From Chitinivibrionales bacterium (GTDB lineage Bacteria > Fibrobacterota > Chitinivibrionia > Chitinivibrionales > FEN-1185): a stretch of DNA of 16,840 bases. The stretch spans positions 1 through 16,840 of the forward strand of contig JBAVGL010000491.1 of assembly GCA_049684795.1 (NCBI GenBank). Direction: 5' to 3'. Numbering within the stretch: position 1 is the first letter of the stretch; each line of letters opens with the position of its first letter. A model generated the notes under the pieces. It did no database searches. It saw only the letters and a program-made list of their open reading frames with translations, and was not told the DNA's origin. A program made the position numbers and the translations under genes. Of the stretch, positions 7,513 through 15,496 are shown in pieces.

Positions 7513-7612
7513 CCTAACCCGCCTAATGGCGGATAAGGTTCTGTACGGGTAATTATCTACGCGTGCCGCGTATATAATTCGCCTACAGAACCTAAGGGCA
7601 GATAAGTCCCTC
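7513..7612 (+). repeat. Intergenic palindromic element, copy A: small hairpin CCGCC-TAAT-GGCGG, then ATAAG, then a 56-nt imperfect palindrome (7537-7592), then a CCTAAGGGCAGATAAG direct-repeat flank
   Basis: The stretch 7537-7592 (GGTTCTGTACGGGTAATTATCTACGCGTGCCGCGTATATAATTCGCCTACAGAACC) is 55/56 identical to 9695-9750. Its arms GGTTCTGTA/TACAGAACC and TAATTAT/ATAATT are inverted repeats around a central TACGCG-TGC-CGCGTA hairpin. The left flank CCTAATGGCGGATAAG is directly repeated to the right of the palindrome as CCTAAGGGCAGATAAG. Confidence 0.65.
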
Positions 7613-7623
7613 TAACCTTTCGA

Positions 7624-7641
7624 ACGATACTACAGTATCGT
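7624..7641. promoter_or_regulatory. 8-2-8 inverted repeat ACGATACT-AC-AGTATCGT about 45 nt upstream of the phasin-like gene; operator-like
   Basis: Perfect 8-bp inverted repeat arms read directly from the sequence. It is placed between copy A of the repeat and the AGGAGG RBS at 7673-7678. Confidence 0.3.
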
Positions 7642-7685
7642 CCAAAAGCCAAGAGGGGCTAAACCTATTCAAAAGGAGGTCCGCC

Positions 7686-7982
7686 ATGTTTGACATTTTA
7701 AGAAAAGCCCTGCTTGCCGGGGTCGGGGTCACGTATTTGACCAAAGACAAAATCGAAGAGGTCGGCAAAAAAATCGCGCAGGACGCAAAGGTCAGCGAAG
7801 CTGAAGGCAGGAAGTTCGTCGACGAGCTGGTCAAGAAATCGCTGGAAGCCAAGGGCTCGCTCGAAAAAACCGTCGCCGAAAAGATCCAAACGGCGATCCA
7901 TGCAATGAACCTGCCGACCCGCAAAGACGTCGACGAACTTAAAAGCAGAATCGCCGAGCTCGAAGCGCACCGTAAGAAGTAG
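7686..7982 (+). CDS. Phasin-family (PHA granule-associated-like) small coiled-coil protein
   Basis: 98-aa helical protein (…KDKIEEVGKKIAQDAKVSEAEGRKFVDELV…NLPTRKDVDELKSRIAELEA) typical of the small phasin-like proteins commonly found next to ABC1/UbiB kinases. Strong RBS AGGAGGT 8 nt upstream. Confidence 0.65.
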   Translation: MFDILRKALLAGVGVTYLTKDKIEEVGKKIAQDAKVSEAEGRKFVDELVKKSLEAKGSLEKTVAEKIQTAIHAMNLPTRKDVDELKSRIAELEAHRKK

Positions 7983-7998
7983 CGGAAACGGAAACGTC

Positions 7999-9678
7999 AT
8001 GAACGTGGGGCAACGAGTCACCCTCCGCATTTCACGGTACGGGGAGATCATCTCCGTTTTTCTTAAGTACGGGTTCGAGGACGTCATTGCGGGTCTGAAC
8101 CTTCAAAAGGATGCCGCCCTTACCCGATTGCCGTTCCATTTCAAGCGCCGTACCGCTTTTAAAGCGCCCCTTTCGCGATGGGAACGGGTTCGTCTGGCCA
8201 TCGAAGAACTCGGCCCGACCTTCATCAAATTCGGGCAATTCCTCAGCAACCGGCCCGATCTCGTCCCCGCCGAGCTCATTGACGAATTGATCAAACTGCA
8301 GGATTCGGTCAAGCCTTTTTCGCGGACCGAAGCGCTGGCAATCCTGGAACACGCGCTCAAACGTCCGGTGGGTGAGGTTTTCGCCGATTTCCCGGCGCAG
8401 CCTATTGCCTCCGCGTCGGTCGCCCAGGTGTATCGGGCGCGGCTTAAAAACGGCGACGACGTGGCGATCAAGGTGCAACGGCCGAATATCCGGCGTATCG
8501 TGGCCACCGACCTTGACATCCTCGGACATCTTGCCGGGCTTATCGAGCGGCACAACAGAGACCTTGCGGCCCTGCACCTGTCCGAATTGGTGCGCGAATT
8601 CGGCCGGACCCTTAACAAGGAGCTCGATTTTTCGCTTGAAGCGGCGACCATGGAACGGTTCCGGGCCGATTTTAAAAATACCACGGAATACTACGTTCCC
8701 AAGGTTTATGCTGCGTTGACCACCGAATCGGTCCTGGTCATCGAGTTCGTGGATGGCATCAAGGTCAGCGACGTCGATTCGCTGAAAAAAGCGGGTCTGG
8801 TTCCTTCCGACATCGCAAGGGTCGGGGTGAATTTGGTTCTCAGACAGATTTTTACCAACGGTTTTTTTCACGCCGATCCGCATCCGGGCAATATCCTCGT
8901 TCTTCCCGACGGCCGCTTGTGTTTCCTGGATTATGGCGCGGTCGGGATCGTATCGGCGTCGCTGCGCCACCACCTGAGCGTCATCCTTTACGGGGTGATT
9001 TACAAAGACCCGCAGCGCATCATGCGCACGCTGTCGCAGCTTGCGACCCAGCGCATCGTCAACATCGACCGTTTGGAATACGAAATCACTGAAATCATCG
9101 AGCAATACTCGTCGGCGTCGCTGAGCGAGATTAAAGTGCGCGACCTGCTCGACCGCTTCGGCCGCATCACCGCCGAAAACCATCTTCGTTTCGTTCCAGG
9201 GTTCTATCTTCTTTTCAAGGCGCTTATAACCATTGAAGGGGTGGGGCTTCTGCTCGATCCGGCTTTCAACCTCGCGCGCGAGGTCGAACCGTATGCGCGC
9301 AGGCTTATGCGTGAAAACCCCCGGCTCAGATATCTGCCGTTCGATGTTTATTTCACCTTGGCCGATATGGCGTCCCTGCTCAAAGACCTTCCCTTCGAGG
9401 TAAAGGACCTCATGCGCATGCTCAAGGCCGGCGAAACGCGTATCCAATTTGAACACCGCGGACTCGATTCGCTATCGCTGAAACTTGATCAGATCGTTAA
9501 TCGAATGGTTTTCGCGATAGTGCTGGCGGCGCTCATCATCGGATCATCGGTGGTCATTCACTCAGGCATGCCGCCGCTGCTGTATGGTGTTCCGCTCGTG
9601 GGGGTTTTAGGCTTTGCAATTGCCGGCCTGCTTGCCTTATGGCTGCTCTTTTCAATGCTCAAAACCAACCATTCCTAA
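7999..9678 (+). CDS. ubiB: ABC1/UbiB-family atypical protein kinase (AarF domain) with C-terminal TM helices
   Basis: ABC1 signature FIKFGQFLSNRPDLVPAELIDELIKLQDSV…ASASVAQVYRARLKNGDDVAIKVQRP, then a kinase-like core (FFHADPHPGNILV…DYG) and two C-terminal hydrophobic helices. It follows the phasin gene after a 16-nt gap. Confidence 0.9.
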   Translation: MNVGQRVTLRISRYGEIISVFLKYGFEDVIAGLNLQKDAALTRLPFHFKRRTAFKAPLSRWERVRLAIEELGPTFIKFGQFLSNRPDLVPAELIDELIKLQDSVKPFSRTEALAILEHALKRPVGEVFADFPAQPIASASVAQVYRARLKNGDDVAIKVQRPNIRRIVATDLDILGHLAGLIERHNRDLAALHLSELVREFGRTLNKELDFSLEAATMERFRADFKNTTEYYVPKVYAALTTESVLVIEFVDGIKVSDVDSLKKAGLVPSDIARVGVNLVLRQIFTNGFFHADPHPGNILVLPDGRLCFLDYGAVGIVSASLRHHLSVILYGVIYKDPQRIMRTLSQLATQRIVNIDRLEYEITEIIEQYSSASLSEIKVRDLLDRFGRITAENHLRFVPGFYLLFKALITIEGVGLLLDPAFNLAREVEPYARRLMRENPRLRYLPFDVYFTLADMASLLKDLPFEVKDLMRMLKAGETRIQFEHRGLDSLSLKLDQIVNRMVFAIVLAALIIGSSVVIHSGMPPLLYGVPLVGVLGFAIAGLLALWLLFSMLKTNHS

Positions 9679-9756
9679 CCCACAAGGTGGATAAGGTTCT
9701 GTACGGGTAATTATTTACGCGTGCCGCGTATATAATTCGCCTACAGAACCTAATCG
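9673..9756 (+). repeat. Intergenic palindromic element, copy B, overlapping the ubiB stop codon and occupying the mgtA 5' leader
   Basis: CCTAACC, then CCAC-AAG-GTGG, then ATAAG, then the 56-nt palindrome at 9695-9750 (one C>T difference from copy A), then TAATCGAAAC. The small stem carries a compensatory G:C to A:T change relative to copy A. Confidence 0.65.
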
Positions 9757-9780
9757 AAACAAAAAGAAAGCAATTAAGTA

Positions 9781-12303
9781 ATGGACAAGTTTCCCGCTGC
9801 TTTTTGGAGTGTCTCCGTAAGCGAGATGCTCCAAAAACTAGAAACGACAAAAGATGGGTTGACGGGCAATGAGGCCCTTCGGCGGCTTGAGCGCTTTGGC
9901 GCCAATCTTCTCAAGCCGCCGAAGCGGTCGGACGCGCTGACGCTTCTAATCGGCCAATTCAAAAGTCCGATCATACTCATACTCTTCTTCGCGACCGGGC
10001 TGTCGTTTTTTCTCCGCGATACGGCCGACGCGATTATTATTCTGTCTATTATCCTGGTCAGCGGATTGCTCGGGTTCTGGCAGGAGCGCGGCGCATCGAA
10101 CGCGGTTAAAAAACTGCTGTCCATCGTTCGGATCAAGGCCGCGGCGGCGCGGGACGGAAAAACCGTTGAAATTCCGGTCGAGGAAATCGTGCCGGGCGAC
10201 ATCGTCGTCCTGCATGCGGGGGACATCGTTCCCGGCGACGGATTGGTCGTGGAAAGTAAAGACCTGTTCGTCGACGAAGCCATGTTGACCGGTGAAACGT
10301 TCCCCGCTGAAAAAGCGGAGGCGGTCCTTCCGGCGGAAACGCCGCTCGGCCACAGGACAAACGCGCTGTGGATGGGCACTCACGCGGTAAGCGGCGGCGC
10401 AAAGGCGCTGATTGTTCGCACCGGTAAAGAAACCGAGTTCGGCAAGGTGTCCGAGCGGCTGAAACTCAGGCCGCAGGAAACGGAATTCGAGCGCGGCATC
10501 CGGTCATTCGGCTATTTCCTCATGGAAGTCACGATGCTGCTGGTGGCCGCCATTTTCGCCATCAACGTGTATCTGGGCCGTCCCGTCCTCGAATCGATTC
10601 TTTTTTCGCTGGCGCTCGCCGTGGGGCTGACCCCGCAGCTGCTGCCAGCGATCATCAGCATCAACCTCTCGCATGGCGCGAAGCGTATGGCCGAAAAAAA
10701 GGTCATCGTCAAGCGGCTCGCTTCGATTGAAAATTTCGGCAGCATGAACGTGATATGCTCCGATAAAACCGGAACGTTGACAGAAGGAATAGTCCGCGTC
10801 CAGTCCGCTTGCGACGTGGAAGGCGCTCCAAGCGATACGGTCCTTCTTCACGCGTATCTTAACGCTTTTTATGAAAGCGGGTTTATAAACCCGATCGATG
10901 AAGCGATCCGCGCGCACCGCCCGTTTGATCTGGCCGGCTACGCGAAACAGGACGAAATCCCCTATGATTTTCTTCGAAAACGCCTGAGTATCCTGGTTTC
11001 CAAAGGCGATACCCATCTCATGGTGACCAAAGGGGCGCTCGGCAATGTTCTTGACGTTTGCTCATCGGTTGAAACGGGCGGAGGGACGGTCGTCGACATC
11101 GCCTCCGCGCGCGACAAAATCCAAAAACACTTCGAAGAATTCAGCGGCAAGGGTTTCCGGACGCTGGGTATTGCATATAAGAACATGGGAACGGAATCAC
11201 GCATCAATAAGAGCCACGAATCGGGCATGACATTTTCAGGATTTTTAGTGCTGTATGATCCGCCCAAACCCGGTCTTTTGGAAACGATCACCAAGCTCAA
11301 AAACCTCGGCGTGGCGCTCAAGGTCATTACGGGCGATAATCATCTTGTTGCCGCAAACATCGCCAAACAAATAGGATTATCCGACACTAAAATCCTCTCG
11401 GGCACGGACCTTAATAATTTAAGCGATGCCGCGTTGCTTCAAAATGTGGTAAGCGTGGATGTATTCGCGGAAATCGAACCCAACCAAAAAGAGCGGATCA
11501 TCATCGCCCTTCGAAAAGCGGGAAACGTTGTGGGCTACATGGGCGACGGTATAAACGACGCCTCGGCGATCCATGCGGCCGACGTCGGCATATCGGTGGA
11601 CAGCGCCGTGGACGTGGCCAAGGACGCGGCGGACATCGTTTTGCTCGAAAAGGACCTCGGTGTCCTCCTCGACGGCGTGCTCGAAGGCCGGACGACCTTT
11701 GCCAATACGCTCAAATACGTGTTCATGGCCACGAGCGCGAATTTCGGAACCATGTTCAGCATGGCCGGGGTGTCGTTGTTTTTGCCGTTCCTTCCCTTGC
11801 TGCCCAAACAGATTTTACTCATGAACCTCATGACCGATTTTCCCGAAATGACGATTGCAACCGATAGCGTGGATGAAGAAATGGTAAATTATCCGCGTCG
11901 ATGGAACATTAAAGCCATCCGCAAGTTTATGATAACCTTCGGATTGGTAAGTTCCGTGTTTGATTATATCACGTTTGGCGCGCTCCTGCTTGTCCTTCAT
12001 GCCACGCAAGTCCAATTCAGGACCGGGTGGTTTATCGAATCCGTCGTCTCGGCGTCGTTGATCGTGCTTATAATCCGGAGCAGAAAGCCGTTCTTCAAGA
12101 GCCGGCCGGGAAAATATTTACTCATGACAACGCTATCGACTTTTGCCGCCACGCTGATTGTGCCGTTTACCCCGCTTGCGGCGCTATTCGGTTTCAGCCC
12201 GCCGCCGGTTTCTTTTCTTCTGTTCATCGGACTCATCGTTTTGTTTTACATTTTCGCGGCGGAGATGGTAAAGAAAGTTTTCTATGAGAAAGTGAAATTT
12301 TAG
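9781..12303 (+). CDS. mgtA: Magnesium-translocating P-type ATPase (type IIIB, MgtA/MgtB family)
   Basis: Phosphorylation motif ICSDKTGTLTEG, hinge GDGINDASAI, TGES-type actuator region (MLTGETFPAEK), and N-terminal MgtA-like segment (LTGNEALRRLERFGANLL). About 10 TM segments. Confidence 0.88.
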   Translation: MDKFPAAFWSVSVSEMLQKLETTKDGLTGNEALRRLERFGANLLKPPKRSDALTLLIGQFKSPIILILFFATGLSFFLRDTADAIIILSIILVSGLLGFWQERGASNAVKKLLSIVRIKAAAARDGKTVEIPVEEIVPGDIVVLHAGDIVPGDGLVVESKDLFVDEAMLTGETFPAEKAEAVLPAETPLGHRTNALWMGTHAVSGGAKALIVRTGKETEFGKVSERLKLRPQETEFERGIRSFGYFLMEVTMLLVAAIFAINVYLGRPVLESILFSLALAVGLTPQLLPAIISINLSHGAKRMAEKKVIVKRLASIENFGSMNVICSDKTGTLTEGIVRVQSACDVEGAPSDTVLLHAYLNAFYESGFINPIDEAIRAHRPFDLAGYAKQDEIPYDFLRKRLSILVSKGDTHLMVTKGALGNVLDVCSSVETGGGTVVDIASARDKIQKHFEEFSGKGFRTLGIAYKNMGTESRINKSHESGMTFSGFLVLYDPPKPGLLETITKLKNLGVALKVITGDNHLVAANIAKQIGLSDTKILSGTDLNNLSDAALLQNVVSVDVFAEIEPNQKERIIIALRKAGNVVGYMGDGINDASAIHAADVGISVDSAVDVAKDAADIVLLEKDLGVLLDGVLEGRTTFANTLKYVFMATSANFGTMFSMAGVSLFLPFLPLLPKQILLMNLMTDFPEMTIATDSVDEEMVNYPRRWNIKAIRKFMITFGLVSSVFDYITFGALLLVLHATQVQFRTGWFIESVVSASLIVLIIRSRKPFFKSRPGKYLLMTTLSTFAATLIVPFTPLAALFGFSPPPVSFLLFIGLIVLFYIFAAEMVKKVFYEKVKF

Positions 12304-12436
12304 CCGCACATGATTGGCAAAAGACTGGCTTGGAACAAAAGGCGCCTGAATTGACAATCCATGGAAAAGTCGTTTCAGTCGACGTCAACGCCATTGGGTA
12401 AATAGTGATGCCTTTTGTACAGCAAGCGGAGATGCT

Positions 12437-13915
12437 ATGAACATTCTTCTCATTTCCCCTGAATTCCCGGACACGTTCTGGAGCATGAAACATGCGCTCA
12501 AGTTCGTGGGCAAACAGGCGGTGCTGCCGCCGCTTGGACTGTTGACCGTTGCGGCAATGCTGCCGCCTCAGTGGTCGGTGCGCCTTGTGGACGCGAACGT
12601 GCGGGCGCTCACGAAAAAAGACTTCGACTGGGCGGACTTCGCGTTCATCGGCGCCTTGATAGTCCAAAGCGAATCGACCCGGCGTATCATTACCCTTTGC
12701 AAAGAGGCGGGACTTCCCGTGGTTGCCGGAGGCCCCCTGTTCACGAGCAGCCATGAACAGTTCCCCTCCGTTGACCACTTCGTGTTGAACGAAGCGGAAC
12801 TGACCCTTCCTGAATTTCTGAAGGACCTTGCCCTCGGATCGCCGAAGCGGACCTATGCGTCGGACGGGTTTGCGGACCTGCGGCAAACGCCTGCGCCGAA
12901 ATGGGAACTTCTTGACATCAAGCGTTATGCCAGCATGAGCATTCAATTCTCACGCGGCTGCCCGTTCCAGTGCGATTTCTGCAATGTTACGGCCCTGCTC
13001 GGCCACCGCGTGCGTACAAAGACCTCACGGCAGATACTGGCCGAGCTGGACGGACTTTACAACCTGGGTTGGCGCGATGATGTCTTTTTCGTGGACGACA
13101 ACTTCATCGGAAACAAAGCGTTCCTGAAAGCCGACCTTCTTCCGGCCCTTATCGAATGGAGGAAGGGCAAAAAGGGTTTGCTTTTCTATACGGAGGCGTC
13201 CATTAACCTGGCCGACGACAAGTCGCTTATAGGCCGGATGGTCGAAGCCGGATTCAACAAGGTGTTTATCGGCATCGAAACTCCTGACGAAGACTGTCTG
13301 GCGGAGTGCGGCAAACAGCAGAACAAGAACCGCAATCTCGTTGAAGACGTGCAGTGCATCCAGAGAATGGGGCTGGAGGTGCAGGCCGGCTTTATCGTCG
13401 GTTTTGACCATGACCGGCCGTCGGTCTTTCAGAAGCAAATGGATTTCATTCAACATAGCGGAATTGTAACGGCCATGGTCGGCATGCTGCAGGCCGTTCC
13501 TGGAACCCGGCTGCACGATCGAATGAAAAAGGAGGGGCGTCTTATTGGGGAATCTTCCGGCGATAATGTAGACGGCACGACGAACATTGTCCCGATGATG
13601 AGCATGTCCGCGCTTAAGGAGGGCTATAAAAGGACCCTACAATATATCTATGCGCCTGAGCCTTTTTACCGTCGCGTCCGGACATTCCTTCGGGTATACA
13701 AACCGCCCAAAAGACATGCGCGATTCCGATTCTCGCATCTTATGGCGTTCGCGCGATCTTTTTATCGTTTCGGTATTGTAAGCCGGGCAAGAGTACACTA
13801 TTGGAAACTGCTGCTATGGACGCAATTTAAACACCCTCGATTTATTTCCGAGGCGATCACTCTCTCCATCTGCGGCCATCATTATCGCACAATTTGCGAA
13901 CGACACTTGATGTAA
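12437..13915 (+). CDS. Cobalamin(B12)-binding-domain radical SAM enzyme (class B rSAM) with DUF4070-type C-terminal region; substrate unknown
   Basis: N-terminal B12-binding-like Rossmann segment (MNILLISPEF…GLLTVAAMLP…). Radical-SAM cluster motif CPFQCDFC (CxxxCxxC) within RGCPFQCDFCNV. Long C-terminal extension after the rSAM core. Confidence 0.82.
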   Translation: MNILLISPEFPDTFWSMKHALKFVGKQAVLPPLGLLTVAAMLPPQWSVRLVDANVRALTKKDFDWADFAFIGALIVQSESTRRIITLCKEAGLPVVAGGPLFTSSHEQFPSVDHFVLNEAELTLPEFLKDLALGSPKRTYASDGFADLRQTPAPKWELLDIKRYASMSIQFSRGCPFQCDFCNVTALLGHRVRTKTSRQILAELDGLYNLGWRDDVFFVDDNFIGNKAFLKADLLPALIEWRKGKKGLLFYTEASINLADDKSLIGRMVEAGFNKVFIGIETPDEDCLAECGKQQNKNRNLVEDVQCIQRMGLEVQAGFIVGFDHDRPSVFQKQMDFIQHSGIVTAMVGMLQAVPGTRLHDRMKKEGRLIGESSGDNVDGTTNIVPMMSMSALKEGYKRTLQYIYAPEPFYRRVRTFLRVYKPPKRHARFRFSHLMAFARSFYRFGIVSRARVHYWKLLLWTQFKHPRFISEAITLSICGHHYRTICERHLM

Positions 13916-13928
13916 TCGGGGCCCATCA

Positions 13929-15089
13929 TTAGTCCGTCTTGACCCCGCCGAAATGCTCATCCAGCTCCATGGTATATATTTCGGTGATGGAGACAAAAAA
14001 TGCCATTATAACCGGTCCCATAATGGCCCCTACCGGGCCAAACATTGCCAGTCCGCCAATGGTTGAGAAAAAAATCAGCAAATCATGCATGCGCGCGCCC
14101 CGGCCGACGATCCATGGCCGAAGAATATTGTCGATCATGGAAATAACGCCCACGCTTATTATAAGAATTACGATCCCCTGCCACGCATGCCCCGTTGCTA
14201 TTTTAATGATTCCGGCCGGGATGAGTATGGTTCCCGCACCCAGCATGGGAATAAAGGAAAGGGCGGTCATTACCACGCCCCACACCAACCAGGTTTTCAC
14301 CCCAAAAATAAAAAGGACGATCGCACCGAGCAGCCCCTGGATAATTGCAAACACAAGCGTCCCTAACACCGTAGCGCGCGACACCATCAGGAAACGCGTA
14401 ATGATCATGTCCTGATATACCGGACGCAGCGGCAGAAGCCGCCGGAATTTCTTGATTATGGCCGCTCCGTCTATAAAAAGGTAAAACATAATAAACAGCG
14501 TCACGAACAGGCTGACGACAATTTCAAGGACCCCCAAAGACGTTTTATTTACCATTTTTGCCATGGTTGCGCCCGCTGTTTTGAGCAAATCGAGCATTGT
14601 TCCCTGCCAGTTAATGTCAAGCTGGGTGAGACGGACAAGTATCGGATTTCCCTTCAAATGGGCAAGAAGGCCTGAATTTTCTCCGCGCGCAACGGATTGC
14701 ACCATAGGCTCAACCGATTGATAAAGGCCGAGTAATTGATGAATGACCAGGTATCCAAGAAAGTACACCGGCACAACTATCCCCAGAACGATAGTGACAC
14801 AGCATGACAATGAGGCAATTCCGCGGTTTCCCTGGAAAAATTTAAGAAGGATTTTATAAAAAGGCGAAAACAACGCGGCAAACGTGCAGGCCAGCAGAAG
14901 TGGAGTGAGAAACACTTTGAGCATGGGGACCAAAATAAACAGTACCGCCACCACCAGGACGAAGAGCACCGCCCCGTTCACCATGTTGCGCCTTTTGCCG
15001 CTGGCCGCTTCCACATTTATTGAAATGCCCGGTGTTGGCGCAGATTCCGCTTTATTGATTGGTTCAGAAGTCATGGCACTGATCAACAA
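13929..15089 (-). CDS. AI-2E family transporter (PerM/UPF0118-type, multi-TM)
   Basis: The conserved core is IPMLGAGTILIPAGI…IDNILRPWIVGRGARMHDLLIFFSTIGGLAMFGPVGAIMGPVIMAFFVSI, the hallmark AI-2E segment, with about 8 TM helices. The true start may be an internal Met (MVNGAVLF…). It is convergent with the rSAM gene, with a 13-nt gap. Confidence 0.8.
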   Translation of the reverse strand: MLISAMTSEPINKAESAPTPGISINVEAASGKRRNMVNGAVLFVLVVAVLFILVPMLKVFLTPLLLACTFAALFSPFYKILLKFFQGNRGIASLSCCVTIVLGIVVPVYFLGYLVIHQLLGLYQSVEPMVQSVARGENSGLLAHLKGNPILVRLTQLDINWQGTMLDLLKTAGATMAKMVNKTSLGVLEIVVSLFVTLFIMFYLFIDGAAIIKKFRRLLPLRPVYQDMIITRFLMVSRATVLGTLVFAIIQGLLGAIVLFIFGVKTWLVWGVVMTALSFIPMLGAGTILIPAGIIKIATGHAWQGIVILIISVGVISMIDNILRPWIVGRGARMHDLLIFFSTIGGLAMFGPVGAIMGPVIMAFFVSITEIYTMELDEHFGGVKTD

Positions 15090-15328
15090 GCAGTATTCAT
15101 GCCAATCGATCGAGGCTTGGCAAAGGCGGAATTTATGGACTCAATTTTCATTCGGCCTCTGACCGAAACAGGAAGAAATAGTTCCTGTTTTCAGGAAAAA
15201 CCTTCTCACAAACAAGAATTGCTCCTGAAATTACGAATACTATGTTACTACAGTTTTAAAAAATAGCGATGGCACTGAAATTGCTTTTATTATGACATTA
15301 TTGTTTGTTCCTACGGGGGACCAGTAAA

Positions 15329-15496
15329 ATGAACACCTGTTTAGAACACCTAACACAAAAAATCTCTTTCCCCGAATCCGATTTCCCGACCTGCCATGCG
15401 GAAGAGAATATACGGGAGTGGGAAGAAAAATACGGAGATTTAACCGTATGGGAATTCGTTGAAAAACGGGAACGCGGGGAATTATTCTATGATTAA
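15329..15496 (+). CDS. Small acidic hypothetical protein (55 aa, MNTCLEHLTQKISFPESDFPTCHAEENIREWEEKYGDLTVWEFVEKRERGELFYD)
   Basis: ORF with a GGGGA RBS exactly 8 nt upstream of the ATG. Its stop overlaps the next small ORF's start (ATGATTAA). Confidence 0.45.
   Translation: MNTCLEHLTQKISFPESDFPTCHAEENIREWEEKYGDLTVWEFVEKRERGELFYD

Noticed and set aside
7512-7612. Integron attC site (imperfect palindrome with a GCCTAAC inverse-core-like box at 7512-7518)
   Set aside because: An attC needs an inverted GTTRRRY core at the opposite end. Here the right end carries the same-orientation CCTAA boxes (direct, not inverted), and no intI or cassette array context is present.
9679-9780. M-box Mg2+ riboswitch or mgtL-type leader peptide upstream of mgtA
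   Set aside because: The leader is only about 100 nt and is filled by the palindromic element. No M-box-like multi-stem architecture and no Pro-rich leader ORF are visible. This can only be confirmed with a covariance-model scan.
12408-12440. 10-codon uORF (MPFVQQAEML) overlapping the rSAM start, considered as a possible RiPP precursor or leader peptide
   Set aside because: Too short. It has no RBS of its own and no Cys/Ser/Thr-rich core. Overlap with the real RBS AGCGGAG makes chance occurrence most likely.
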